NCBI GenBank assembly: GCA_963702895.1
Contig: OY969767.1
Coordinates: 1,386,506-1,450,505, forward strand
Source: an uncultured Elusimicrobia bacterium
GTDB lineage: Bacteria > Elusimicrobiota > Elusimicrobia > 2-01-FULL-59-12
Reading direction: 5' to 3'
Length of the DNA: 64,000 bases
Shown here: one piece after another, positions 48,233-57,881 of the stretch
How positions within the stretch are numbered: position 1 is the stretch's first letter
Layout: the number at the start of each line of letters is the position of its first letter
Made by a program: the position numbers and the translations under genes
Notes under the pieces: model-generated
Seen by the model: only the letters and a program-made list of their open reading frames with translations
The model's database searches: none
Told to the model about the DNA's origin: nothing

Positions 48233-49598
48233 AGATCAAATCTATCCCTTCAGGAGGGTAAATGCAATCGATAAATTCGCCTTCGCGCGCGCCCTCGGGC
48301 GCGCGGGCCCGGACATAGCGCTCCGTATAGCCCGTCCCATCGGATTCTACAAGAAGCCGAACGCTTCGACCCACAAACATCTCGGCATAGCGGCGACGCA
48401 GCGTTCGGTCCAAGGCCACCATCGTCCGCGTTCTCTGCGCTTTGACTCGCGGATCCACATGACCCGACAGACGCTGGGCGGGCGTCCCGGGCCTCACCGA
48501 ATAGCGGAACGCATGGATGCGGCTCAACCCCTCTTCCTCGAGGAGCTGCAGGGTGCGCTGAAATTCTGTTTCCCCCTCCCCCGCAAAACCGACGATGATG
48601 TCCGCTGAGAGCGCCACCTCCGGTATGCGGGACTTGATCCAGCGCACCCGGTCCCGGTAATCCTGAGAACTGTACCAACGTCCCATGCGCTTGAGCACGG
48701 CATCATCGCCGGATTGAAGCGGGATATGAAAGAAGGGGCAAAGTTTGGGGTGCCGCGCCGCGAGCATCACGAGCTCGTCCGGAATCTCGGTGACCTCAAG
48801 GGAGGACAGACGTATCCTGAAATCTCCAGGCAACTCAAGCAAAGCTTTAAGAAGTCTCTCAAATGTCCATTGTTGTTGGAGAAATTTTACGTCATTCCGG
48901 CGAAAGCCGGAATCCATCATGATGGACCCCGGGTCTCCACAAGTCCGGCGACCCGGCCCGCCGGGTGTTTGGAGGGCCGGCGTCCGCCGGGGTGACGAGA
49001 TGGAATCATCAGTTCCACCATATTGATAGCGACCCAATCGAACTCCTGTCAGGACAATCTCACGAAAGCCTTTGTCAATCAAATTGCTGGCCTCTGCGCG
49101 GATTCGCTCTGGCGATCGACAAATGAGATTCGGCCTCACGGAGGGGATGATGCAGTACGTACACTTCGCATCACAACCGTCCTGGATCTTGATATAGGCG
49201 CGCGTTCGATCAGCAAGGGCCGTCACGCCGCTCCTGGCGGCCTCCTGGACACAGGCCGTGGGCACGCCCAGGGCTATGGCGATCATGGGCTTCTCATGGT
49301 TCCCATAGACTTCCACCCGGGGGGAGATCTGGCGCAGCTCTTCTGCCGCGCGCTCCGCGTAGCATCCGGTCACCACCACACGAGAGCCCTTTAGTTCACG
49401 CAAGAGTTTGCGGATGAGCTGCCGGCAGGAGCGATCGGCGCCCGAGGTGACGGTGCAGGAGTTCACGATCGCAATGTCGGCGGGCTGGCTCCCGGGGACG
49501 ACACGGTATCCACCCAGGCGAAACTGCTCCCGGAGTTCTTCGGTTTCATACTGGTTGACCTTACACCCGAAGGTATGAAAAGCGATGGAGGGTGTCAT
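48225..49598 (-). CDS. Radical-SAM methylthiotransferase (MiaB/MtaB/RimO family) carrying an in-frame MITE insertion
   Basis: MTTase N-domain (FGCKVNQYETE), radical-SAM CxxxCxxC (DGCDAKCTYCIIP), C-terminal TRAM-like region. ~40 inserted residues (…GGTDDSISSPRRTPALQTPGGPGRRTCGDPGSIMMDSGFRRNDVKF…) coincide with element B4. Confidence 0.85.
   Translation of the reverse strand: MTPSIAFHTFGCKVNQYETEELREQFRLGGYRVVPGSQPADIAIVNSCTVTSGADRSCRQLIRKLLRELKGSRVVVTGCYAERAAEELRQISPRVEVYGNHEKPMIAIALGVPTACVQEAARSGVTALADRTRAYIKIQDGCDAKCTYCIIPSVRPNLICRSPERIRAEASNLIDKGFREIVLTGVRLGRYQYGGTDDSISSPRRTPALQTPGGPGRRTCGDPGSIMMDSGFRRNDVKFLQQQWTFERLLKALLELPGDFRIRLSSLEVTEIPDELVMLAARHPKLCPFFHIPLQSGDDAVLKRMGRWYSSQDYRDRVRWIKSRIPEVALSADIIVGFAGEGETEFQRTLQLLEEEGLSRIHAFRYSVRPGTPAQRLSGHVDPRVKAQRTRTMVALDRTLRRRYAEMFVGRSVRLLVESDGTGYTERYVRARAPEGAREGEFIDCIYPPEGIDLIYD
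48889..48997. mobile_element. MITE-like element family B copy 4 (reverse orientation), in-frame inside the methylthiotransferase gene
   Basis: Its rc reads CGTCACCCCGGCGGACGCCGGCCCTCCAAACACCCGGCGGGCC…GGGGTCCATCATGATGGATTCCGGCTTTCGCCGGAATGACG. Same termini and core as copies 1 and 2. Length is compatible with an in-frame insertion. Confidence 0.7.
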
Positions 49599-50533
49599 TC
49601 GCTTTCGTGATGGCTGGCTTGGTCTTTGATGGCAAGAGAAAACAAAATCGATATGGCCAAGACCAGTCCGACCACCCCCAACGATACACCAATCGGGATC
49701 TTATAGAGGTCTGCCAGAAGCATTTTGACGCCGATGAAGACGAGCACAATGGCGAGGCCAAAGCGCAGGAAACGAAAATAGCCGATGAGACCATGGATCA
49801 AGAAGTAGAGGGCGCGCAGACCCAGGATCGCCAGAATATTGGAGGAGAAGATGATAAAGGGGTCATTCGAAATCGCCAGGACTGCCGGTATGGAATCAAT
49901 CGCAAAAATCAGATCGGAAACTTCGACCACCACCAGCGCAGCGAACAAGGGCGTGGCATGCCACTTGCCTTCGAGCCGGGTGAGGAAGTGGTGCTCATCC
50001 AGTTGGGTCGTGACCGGCATGAAACGCCGCAAGAGCTTCAGGACCCCGTTGTGCTCCGGGTGGATGGCATCCGGGTTGTCCCGGAACATCTTGAGCGCCG
50101 TGATGATGAGCAGGCCGCCGAAGACATAGAGCATCCAGTGGAAGTAGTGCAAGAGGGTCACGCCCGCAAAGATGATCACGAAGCGCATCCCGATGGCTCC
50201 CAAGACGCCCCATTTGAGCACGCGGTGCTGGTAGCAGTCGGGGACGGAGAAGAATTTAAAGATCATCACGAAGACGAACATGTTGTCGACGCTGAGCGAC
50301 TTCTCAATGAGGTAGGCGGCAAGAAACTCAAGAGCGCGCTCGTGCCCCATGGCCGCATCAATGATGCCGGCAAAAGACAGAGACAGGACAAGCCAGAGGA
50401 GACTCCACAAGGCCGCTTCTTTGAAGGAAACCACATGGGCGCCCCGGTGACTCTTGAGACCCATATCGACGATCAACGCCACGATGACCACCACCACGAA
50501 GAGCGCCCAGAGCCAAACATGGACATCCATCAA
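49595..50533 (-). CDS. terC: TerC-family integral membrane protein
   Basis: 312-aa polytopic membrane protein with TerC-family conserved segments (…EKSLSVDNMFVF…, …EVSDLIFAIDSIPAV…). Confidence 0.85.
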   Translation of the reverse strand: MMDVHVWLWALFVVVVIVALIVDMGLKSHRGAHVVSFKEAALWSLLWLVLSLSFAGIIDAAMGHERALEFLAAYLIEKSLSVDNMFVFVMIFKFFSVPDCYQHRVLKWGVLGAIGMRFVIIFAGVTLLHYFHWMLYVFGGLLIITALKMFRDNPDAIHPEHNGVLKLLRRFMPVTTQLDEHHFLTRLEGKWHATPLFAALVVVEVSDLIFAIDSIPAVLAISNDPFIIFSSNILAILGLRALYFLIHGLIGYFRFLRFGLAIVLVFIGVKMLLADLYKIPIGVSLGVVGLVLAISILFSLAIKDQASHHESE

Positions 50534-50534
50534 A

Positions 50535-51278
50535 TTATTCCCCTCTTTCGGCCAAGAGTTGTGCCAGTGCGACGAGCCCGGCGGTTTCGGAACGGAGCAA
50601 GAGAGGCCCCAGGGTCACAGGCCGTACGCCATGGCGCTGGGCCAGCTCAACTTCAGCGGCCTCCCAGCCCCCTTCGGGCCCAATGAAGAGCGAAATCCGA
50701 TCACAAGGACGGTAGGCTTGACGAAGCGTCACGGTCGTTTCTTTTTCCCAGGGGATGAACGAGAGGCCCTCACGAGGCACCGTTTGAAGCGCCTCCTGCA
50801 AGGAAACAGGACGTCCAATCTCCATCACACTCGAACGTCCGCATTGCTTCGCCGCGGAAAGGGCAATGCGCTTCCAGCGCTCAAGTGCGCCTGCTCTTCC
50901 CGGTTTGATGAGGGTCCGCGCGGTGAGAAGCGGGACCAGTCGCGACGCTCCTACTTCACAGGATTTCTCGACCAGCCAGTCCCACCGGGGACCCTTCACC
51001 AACGCCTGATAAAGGACACAGGACGTCTTCGGAAGCGCGGCCGCGCGGCTTTCGGACAGAATCGCGCCTTCGATACGATCGGCGCTGATACTCTCAATGC
51101 GTCCGCGGTAGGAAAGATCTGCCCCGTCGAAGAAATCGATCACGTCCCCCACCTTGTGTCGAAGAACCTGTGCCGCGTGCCGGGCTTCCGAACCCAGCAT
51201 CACAAAGCGTCGGTTTTTGATTTGTTCCGGCGGGACAAAAAAGCGAGAGCTCATAGGCGCGGGTTTCCCGCCCCCCAC
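50535..51278 (-). CDS. rsmE: 16S rRNA (uracil1498-N3)-methyltransferase RsmE
   Basis: 247-aa ORF with a PUA-like N-terminus (RFFV…) and a SPOUT C-terminus (…LFIGPEGGW…E…GV.PV.LGP.ILR.ETA). Confidence 0.85.
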   Translation of the reverse strand: MGGGKPAPMSSRFFVPPEQIKNRRFVMLGSEARHAAQVLRHKVGDVIDFFDGADLSYRGRIESISADRIEGAILSESRAAALPKTSCVLYQALVKGPRWDWLVEKSCEVGASRLVPLLTARTLIKPGRAGALERWKRIALSAAKQCGRSSVMEIGRPVSLQEALQTVPREGLSFIPWEKETTVTLRQAYRPCDRISLFIGPEGGWEAAEVELAQRHGVRPVTLGPLLLRSETAGLVALAQLLAERGE

Positions 51279-51339
51279 ATTTCTGGCAGACCGTCCCTTC
51301 CGATCATAAATACGGTAGGGGACGCTAACCCGAAATCTT

Positions 51340-51510
51340 CAGCATAGGGGTTCCGTCCGTCTGATCCAGTTGCACTTATTAATCCCCTCTCCCGCCGCCA
51401 GGTGGGAGAGGGTGAAGGGTGAGGGCACAGCCTCATCTTCCGACGCAGACCTGCCCTCACCCCCGCCCTCTCCCGCGTTCCGCGGGCGAGGGGGTTACAT
51501 AGAACCGAAG
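51340..51510. terminator. Cluster of three GC-rich hairpins downstream of dnaJ
   Basis: CTCTCCCGCCGCCAGGTGGGAGAG; GGGTGAGGGCA…TGCCCTCACCC; CCCTCTCCCGCGTTCCGCGGGCGAGGGGG. All seen in sequence. Confidence 0.4.
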
Positions 51511-51547
51511 ATTTCCGGCTAACGGCCGCGGTGAATGACAATATGTA

Positions 51548-52684
51548 TTAGCCTCTTCCAAATATTTTGCGGAGGACACTTTCGTCGTACTGCTCCGGTT
51601 TTTCGCCGAGCGTCTTGGCGAACTCCCGCAAGAGTTCTCGCTGCTTGGAGCTTAGATCTTTCGGTACATCGACGATCACCTTGACGTATTGATCTCCCTG
51701 GCCTCGCCCTTCAAGACGCGGCATCCCGCGGTCCCGTAGTCGAAAAAGGGCGCCGTTCTGTGTCGCAGGCGGGATCTTCATCGTCACAGGCTCGTCCATG
51801 GTTTCCACATGGATCTCACAGCCCATCGCCGCTTGCGGGAAAGAGAGACGCTCTTCAACGTAGAGATCATCTCCATTGCGGACATAGCGCTTGTCGGTCG
51901 TCAGATGGATCACGACATAGAGGTCGCCGGAAGAACCGCCGCGAAAACCGGCATGGCCAGCCCCGGAAATACGAAGGGACGTCCCTTCCCTGACGCCCTG
52001 GGGAATTCTGACCGTCAGGGTCGCGTCCTTCTGCGCAGCGCCCATGCCGCGACAACTTGGGCAGGGAGAGGGATTCACCATCCCCTCACCGCGGCAGGTG
52101 GGACAGCTCTGCTGCATCATGAAAAAGCCGCGTTGGCTCCGGACCTGCCCTGTTCCATGACAAGACTTGCAGGTGACGGCCGAGGTGCCGGGTTTGGCGC
52201 CGCTGCCGCCGCAGTGCTCGCACTTTTCAAGGCGGGATAAACGGACAGGTTTCTTGGCGCCTTCGTAAGCCTCGCGAAGGGTGATATCGACTTCAAGCGC
52301 GACGTCCTCGCCGCGCGAGGTGCGGGAGCTTCGGCGTGAGCGGCCGCCAAAGGCATCGGCACCGCCGAAGATATTGCCGAGAATATCGCCCAGGTCGACG
52401 TCGCCGAAATCCGTGGAGAAGCCGCCAAAACCTCCGGGACCTCCCGCGCCGGCACCCGAGACGCCGGCGTGACCAAAGCGGTCATAGGCCGCCCGTTTAT
52501 TCGCGTCCGAGAGGGCCTCGTAGGCCTCATTGATGGACTTGAACTGGGCTTCGGCGGTCTTATCCCCCGGGTTTTTGTCCGGGTGATATTTAATCGCCTG
52601 ACGCCGATAGGCAGCCTTGATCTCGTCCTGGGAGGCGGATTTCGTGACGCCTAAGAGATCGTAATAGTCTCTTTTTTCCGCCAA
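51548..52684 (-). CDS. dnaJ: Chaperone DnaJ
   Basis: J-domain with HPD, G/F-rich region, four CxxCxGxG zinc-finger repeats, C-terminal domain. Confidence 0.95.
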   Translation of the reverse strand: MAEKRDYYDLLGVTKSASQDEIKAAYRRQAIKYHPDKNPGDKTAEAQFKSINEAYEALSDANKRAAYDRFGHAGVSGAGAGGPGGFGGFSTDFGDVDLGDILGNIFGGADAFGGRSRRSSRTSRGEDVALEVDITLREAYEGAKKPVRLSRLEKCEHCGGSGAKPGTSAVTCKSCHGTGQVRSQRGFFMMQQSCPTCRGEGMVNPSPCPSCRGMGAAQKDATLTVRIPQGVREGTSLRISGAGHAGFRGGSSGDLYVVIHLTTDKRYVRNGDDLYVEERLSFPQAAMGCEIHVETMDEPVTMKIPPATQNGALFRLRDRGMPRLEGRGQGDQYVKVIVDVPKDLSSKQRELLREFAKTLGEKPEQYDESVLRKIFGRG

Positions 52685-54577
52685 TTACTTCTTCCCTTCA
52701 TCGACGACTTCTGCGTCCACCGCCTCGGGGCCGCCATTGGTCGGGCCCTGGGTGGCGCCACCGGAGGGAGCTTCCTGGCCGGCCTTGGCTTTGGCGGCCG
52801 CTTCCTTATAAACGACTTCGGCCAGCTTGTGAGACGCCTTCATGAGTGTCTCTTTGGCCTTCTTCAAGCTCTCCACGTTGCCGCTTTTGAGGGCCTCTTT
52901 GGCTTCCGACAAGGCCCTGTCGAGTTCCAGGCGCTCGTCCCCTGAGACTTTGTCGCCATGGTCTTTGACGGATTTTTCTGTGGCATAGACCAGACCATCC
53001 AGCTCGTTCTTGGCCTCGATCTGATCACGGGTCTTTTTATCTTCCTCCGCGAACTGCTCCGCCTGCTTGACAAACTTATCCACCTCGTCCTTGGAAAGCT
53101 TGCTGGGGGAGGAGATGCGGATGGACTGCTCCTTGTTGGTGCCAAGGTCTTTGGCGGTGACGTGGAGGATGCCGTTGGCGTCGAGGTCAAAGGAAACCTC
53201 AATCTGCGGCATGCCGCGGGGCGCGGGCGGAATCCCGTCCAGGATGAACTTGCCCAGAGAGACATTGTCTTTGGCCATCTGGCGCTCCCCCTGGAGCACG
53301 TGGATCTCCACAGACGACTGATTGTCCGCCGCCGTCGAGAAGACCTGAGATTTCTTGACGGGGATGGTCGTATTCCGATCGATGAGCGGCGTGCGCACGC
53401 TGCCCAGGGTCTCAATGCCCAGGGTGAGCGGTGTCACATCCAGGAGCAGCACGTCCTTCACTTCACCCGTTAAGACCGCCGCCTGGACCGCCGCGCCTAA
53501 CGCGACGCACTCCATCGGGTCAATACCGTGTTCGACCTTACGGCCAACGTGCTCTTCGACAAACTTTTGAACGATCGGCATGCGTGTCGGACCGCCCACC
53601 AGAATGATCTTCGTGATTTCCTGAATCGATCCCCAGGAGTGCTTGGGGTTCTTGCGCGCGTCATCCAAGGCCCGCTCGACGGGACCGATGCATCGGTCAA
53701 TGATCGGCTTCACGATGCCCTCGAGCTTGGCCCGCGTGAGTTTCTGCGTGAGATGCTTCGGTCCCGAAGCGTCAGCCGTAATGAACGGCAGGTTGATTTC
53801 GGTTTCCAGCACCGTGGACAGCTCGATTTTGGCTTTTTCCACAGCTTCCTTGAGGCGGGTCATCGCGAGCCTGTCCTTGAGCAGGTCGATCCCGGTTTCC
53901 TTACGAAACTCACCGGCGACCGCCTCAATGAGGGCATTATCCATGTCGGTCCCGCCGAGCTGCGTGTCGCCGGAGGTGGCGACGACTTCAAAGGTGGCAT
54001 CCGAGCCTGAGCTCGACATGTCCATGAGCGTGACGTCCAGCGTCCCGCCCCCCAGGTCAAAGACCATGATTTTTTGGCTCTGGCCGGACTTATCCAAACC
54101 GTAGGCGAGGCAGGCCGCTGTAGGCTCATTCACGAGTCGGACCACCTCAAGCCCTGCGATCGCACCCGCATCTTTGGTGGCCTGGCGTTGGTTGTCGTCG
54201 AAATAAGCCGGTACGGTGATGACGGCCTTTTCGATCTTTTCACCGAGGTAGGCCTCGGCATCTTTCTTGATCTTCTGGAGAATAAAGGCTGAGAGCTGCT
54301 GTGGGGTATATTCCTTGCCCCCCGCCTGATACTTGTGCGGCTGACCCATCTTCCGCTTGAAGGCATACATGGTGGATTCGGGGTTCGAGACCGCTTGCCG
54401 GCGCGCGGGCTCTCCTACGAGGAGCTGCCCGTCCTTCGTGATGGCGACATACGAGGGAAAAGCCTTGCCGCCGAGCGTCGTGCCCTCCGCGGAGGGAATG
54501 ATGACAGGCTTGCCCGCCTCCATCACGGCCGCCGCTGAATTGGATGTTCCTAAGTCAATGCCAATGATTTTTGCCAT
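52685..54577 (-). CDS. dnaK: Chaperone DnaK (Hsp70)
   Basis: 630-aa ORF with [18 protein letters not shown] and EEVD-less C-terminus. Highly conserved. Confidence 0.97.
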   Translation of the reverse strand: MAKIIGIDLGTSNSAAAVMEAGKPVIIPSAEGTTLGGKAFPSYVAITKDGQLLVGEPARRQAVSNPESTMYAFKRKMGQPHKYQAGGKEYTPQQLSAFILQKIKKDAEAYLGEKIEKAVITVPAYFDDNQRQATKDAGAIAGLEVVRLVNEPTAACLAYGLDKSGQSQKIMVFDLGGGTLDVTLMDMSSSGSDATFEVVATSGDTQLGGTDMDNALIEAVAGEFRKETGIDLLKDRLAMTRLKEAVEKAKIELSTVLETEINLPFITADASGPKHLTQKLTRAKLEGIVKPIIDRCIGPVERALDDARKNPKHSWGSIQEITKIILVGGPTRMPIVQKFVEEHVGRKVEHGIDPMECVALGAAVQAAVLTGEVKDVLLLDVTPLTLGIETLGSVRTPLIDRNTTIPVKKSQVFSTAADNQSSVEIHVLQGERQMAKDNVSLGKFILDGIPPAPRGMPQIEVSFDLDANGILHVTAKDLGTNKEQSIRISSPSKLSKDEVDKFVKQAEQFAEEDKKTRDQIEAKNELDGLVYATEKSVKDHGDKVSGDERLELDRALSEAKEALKSGNVESLKKAKETLMKASHKLAEVVYKEAAAKAKAGQEAPSGGATQGPTNGGPEAVDAEVVDEGKK

Positions 54578-54594
54578 GATACAACCTCCTTAAA

Positions 54595-55107
54595 TTATGG
54601 TGTGGGGCTTTTCGCGACCCCAACTCTGACACGCGCGGGCCGGATGATCCGGCCTTGAAAACTGTAGGCCTTCTGCAGCTCCTCCACCACCTGGCCCACT
54701 TTCGATTCCTCGACTTCCGTTTGTTCCACCGCCTCCGCCGTATGGGGATCGAAAGGCTTGCCCATGAGCTCGACGACGGAAAGTCCCTCGGACTTTAAAA
54801 AGTTGGAAAAGCTCTTATGCAAGTAACCGAGGCCTTCCGTGACCTGCTTCATGTCCTTGGCATGCTCCGCTTGGCTGAGCGCCTGCTCAAAGACATCGAC
54901 GAGCGACAAGAGCGGCATGAGGACTTCTTGCTTGCCCCAGGCCCGAAGGTCCTGCTTTTCTTTTTCGACACGTTTCCGGTAATTCTCAAACTCGGCCTTG
55001 AGCCTCAAAAGCTGGTCGTAATAATCATCGGCTTTGGCCTTTTGCTCTTCCACGGACTGCTGCAGGATGGCCAGCTCCGAAAGTTTTTCCTCGAGTTCGT
55101 CACTCAT
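54595..55107 (-). CDS. grpE: Nucleotide exchange factor GrpE
   Basis: 170-aa ORF with a coiled-coil N-terminus and the GrpE C-terminal β-domain (…YLRLKAEFENYRKR…). Confidence 0.9.
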   Translation of the reverse strand: MSDELEEKLSELAILQQSVEEQKAKADDYYDQLLRLKAEFENYRKRVEKEKQDLRAWGKQEVLMPLLSLVDVFEQALSQAEHAKDMKQVTEGLGYLHKSFSNFLKSEGLSVVELMGKPFDPHTAEAVEQTEVEESKVGQVVEELQKAYSFQGRIIRPARVRVGVAKSPTP

Positions 55108-56161
55108 TCGGCACCATACGTTCCAGCATCTGGTTCACGATCTTCGCGACCCCTTCGACGAGCGCAATCATCCTGCCATACTCCATGCGCCGAGGACCCA
55201 TGATGCCCAGCACGCCTACCGTCTGGTCGTTCAGTTTGTACGTATTGGAAACAAGGGACACGTGGCGAAGTTCCGGACGCACGTTTTCTGCGCCGATATT
55301 GACCAAAAGCCCCCCCTTCTTCATCGTCTTCTCGAGGACCGAAGAGAGAAGGTTCTTGTGTTCCATCACTCTCAAGATCCCGGAGATCTCATCGAAATCG
55401 CCCATGTCTGGAAAGGAGAAGATATTCTCCCTCCCTTCGACATAAAGATCCCCCTCGACGGCATTCAGGTCAAAGGCTTCTCGGGCCAGGTCACGGGCGA
55501 GCAAAAACGCATCGGACTGTTCCTGTTGAAGCGCCTCAATATGATGAAGGATCTGCGTCCTCGCTTCCGAAAGTGGCAGTCCGGCCAGGCGTTCATTAAG
55601 CATGTCGCTGATGATGGACAGTCTCTGGGAGCTCATCGGGCTCTTCAAGTTCAGCACCTTATGGCGGATGAACCCTGACTGGGAAAGAATCACGACCAAA
55701 ATCTGACTTGGCGAAATCGAGATGAGCTGAAGGCGCCGAAGCAGGGACTTGTCCAGCCTCGGCGAAAGCACCATCCCGGTATAGCTCGAAAGCGAAGAGA
55801 GCATGCGCGAGGTCGAGATCAGCACGTCCTGGAGCTCTTTGGCGCGAGCGGCATACTCCCGGCGTATGCGTTCCTCTTCGGCGACCGCCAGCGACTGCAC
55901 CTCGAGAAGCGAATCCACATAGAGACGGTATCCTTTGTCGGAAGGGACGCGCCCGGCGCTCGTGTGGGGCTGGATGAGAAAACCCTCCTTTTCGAGATCG
56001 AGCAGCATATTTCGGACCGTCGCCGAAGACATCCCAAAGTTGTACTTGTCCACGATCACGTGCGACCCCACGGGCTTGCCCGTTTTCATGAAATGGTAAA
56101 TGACCGCCTGCAGGAGGCGTCGCTTACGATCTTGTGACGTCTTGGGATCGAGGACTCTCAT
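55100..56161 (-). CDS. hrcA: Heat-inducible transcription repressor HrcA
   Basis: 353-aa ORF with an N-terminal wHTH (ERKRRLLQAVIYHFMKTGKPVGSHVI…) and the HrcA C-domain. First gene of hrcA-grpE-dnaK-dnaJ. Confidence 0.9.
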   Translation of the reverse strand: MRVLDPKTSQDRKRRLLQAVIYHFMKTGKPVGSHVIVDKYNFGMSSATVRNMLLDLEKEGFLIQPHTSAGRVPSDKGYRLYVDSLLEVQSLAVAEEERIRREYAARAKELQDVLISTSRMLSSLSSYTGMVLSPRLDKSLLRRLQLISISPSQILVVILSQSGFIRHKVLNLKSPMSSQRLSIISDMLNERLAGLPLSEARTQILHHIEALQQEQSDAFLLARDLAREAFDLNAVEGDLYVEGRENIFSFPDMGDFDEISGILRVMEHKNLLSSVLEKTMKKGGLLVNIGAENVRPELRHVSLVSNTYKLNDQTVGVLGIMGPRRMEYGRMIALVEGVAKIVNQMLERMVPNE

Positions 56162-56182
56162 AAGTTCTGTCTTGTCTGTAAA

Positions 56183-56209
56183 GTAGCAGTCTGGAGAACT
56201 GAGTGCTAA
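56183..56209. promoter_or_regulatory. CIRCE-like operator (GTAGCAGTC-N9-GAGTGCTAA) upstream of hrcA
   Basis: The right half is a perfect CIRCE half-site. The left half matches 6/9 of TTAGCACTC. 25-50 nt upstream of the hrcA start. Confidence 0.6.
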
Positions 56210-56314
56210 GACTATATCAGCTTTGAAATTATAATGTCAATAGATTGTGGATTAATATCTAGATATAGATATGTTTTGAAGTGCCAATTTTCATCCGCGC
56301 AGCACGTCGAATCC

Positions 56315-57124
56315 TCATCCGACCGTTTCCGCACTATAGCGTGCAATCAGCCCCAAACGCGTCGCTTCCTTATAGATAGAGACAAAGGCCCTGTAGGAAA
56401 CCCCGAGTAGAAGAGCGGCCAAAGCTGCACCGATCAGGAGTGATCCGGTTGAGAAAGAGCCTGTGAGCGAGATTTGGCGGAGATTCTCGAAGACGTAGGA
56501 GGGAGGCAGGCAGGCCCCGACATGCTGCATCCAGCGAGGGAGAATGGAGAGCGGGTAGAAGACGCCCACAAAAGGTGAGAGGAGCGCCGGGATGGGCCAG
56601 ATGAACCATTCCGCGGCTGGACCCCAACGTAAGACCATGCCGCAAGACAAAATTCCAAGAGAAATCGCGAAAACGAATAAGATCAACAGAAAGGGCAAGA
56701 CCATCGAGCCGTAAATCGCCATCGTCATACCAAAAACCAGGGACGCCACCAGCCACATCACCAAGAGTCCCACAAGACTCGTCAGGACACTGCACAAGAT
56801 AAGCCCCAAGAGGTATTCGCCAACCGTGATGGGGGAAGCAAAGACATTCAGAAAATTGCGGGACCAAACGTCTTCAAAGAACGTCATGGTCACCCCCTGC
56901 ATCACGCGTATAAAGAAGTCCCAAAGCAGCACGGCCCCCAGCAACACCATGATCTTGTCTTGTCCTTGGACCATCATGCTTTGAAGATAACGTGTGAGAA
57001 ATCCCCAAAGCACCATATCGATGGCCACCCAGATAAAGAGCGGCAAGACCCTGGAAAAACTCCCACGCATCAAATAGAGGTACCTCAGCGCGATGGCATA
57101 GACCCGATGGAGAGACCGTGTCAT
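56315..57124 (-). CDS. ABC-2 type transporter permease
   Basis: 269-aa protein with six TM helices and ABC-2 family conservation. Adjacent to the ATPase gene. Confidence 0.8.
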   Translation of the reverse strand: MTRSLHRVYAIALRYLYLMRGSFSRVLPLFIWVAIDMVLWGFLTRYLQSMMVQGQDKIMVLLGAVLLWDFFIRVMQGVTMTFFEDVWSRNFLNVFASPITVGEYLLGLILCSVLTSLVGLLVMWLVASLVFGMTMAIYGSMVLPFLLILFVFAISLGILSCGMVLRWGPAAEWFIWPIPALLSPFVGVFYPLSILPRWMQHVGACLPPSYVFENLRQISLTGSFSTGSLLIGAALAALLLGVSYRAFVSIYKEATRLGLIARYSAETVG

Positions 57125-57868
57125 CTAGTCCATCTCCTGGGCGAGAGGCTCACGCGCTAAATGGATAAAGAGCTCCTCGAGATTCGCCCTGCCATGCTCT
57201 CGGGGCAGCCGTTTCGGATCGCCTTCAAGGAGGATTTTGCCATGGGATAAGAAAATGACGCGATCACAAACCGTTTCCACCTCGCGCATATTATGGGAGG
57301 TCCAAAGCACGCCGCACCGGCCTTCTTTGACCACCTCCAGGATCAGATCACGCGTCTGCCGGGCCGCCGACGGGTCAAGAGAAGCGGTCGGCTCGTCCAG
57401 CAAGAGGAGCTCGGGTTGGTTCAGCATGGCCTTGGCGAGGCTCACGCGCGTTTGTTCGCCGGAGGAGAGCAGGCCGCACTTCGTTTTCCGGAATTGTCCC
57501 AGCTGGAAGCGTTGCAGCATCCCGGGAAGGAGGTCCGAGAGATTCTGCACACCATAGAGCAACCCAAAGATCTTGAGATTTTCTTCGACGGTCAAGTTGC
57601 CTGGCAGAGGCGCGTAGACCGCGGCGAAATTGACGTCGCCCAGCGCCGCGCGGTCTTGCGTCGTAATCCGACGACCCTTGATCCAAATCTCCCCGCCGGA
57701 GGGTTCCAGCACGCCCAAGACCATACTGATCAAGGTCGTTTTCCCCGCCCCGTTGGGTCCGAGAAGCCCGACAATTTCGCCTGTCTTGACCGTGAAACTG
57801 ATCTCTTGGACCGCGTTGAAATTCCCGTAAGTCTTATGAACATGCTGAACGTCTAATACGGTTTTCAT
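57125..57868 (-). CDS. ABC transporter ATP-binding protein
   Basis: Walker A GPNGAGKTT, ABC signature LSSGEQ, Walker B LLLLDEPT. Start chosen at MKTVLDVQHV. Confidence 0.85.
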   Translation of the reverse strand: MKTVLDVQHVHKTYGNFNAVQEISFTVKTGEIVGLLGPNGAGKTTLISMVLGVLEPSGGEIWIKGRRITTQDRAALGDVNFAAVYAPLPGNLTVEENLKIFGLLYGVQNLSDLLPGMLQRFQLGQFRKTKCGLLSSGEQTRVSLAKAMLNQPELLLLDEPTASLDPSAARQTRDLILEVVKEGRCGVLWTSHNMREVETVCDRVIFLSHGKILLEGDPKRLPREHGRANLEELFIHLAREPLAQEMD

Positions 57869-57881
57869 CGAAGGTGTCCGG

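Noticed and set aside
49592-50686. 364-aa plus ORF
   Set aside because: Antisense to terC and rsmE. Its composition (Asp/Glu/His/Arg-rich) is typical of spurious high-GC frames.
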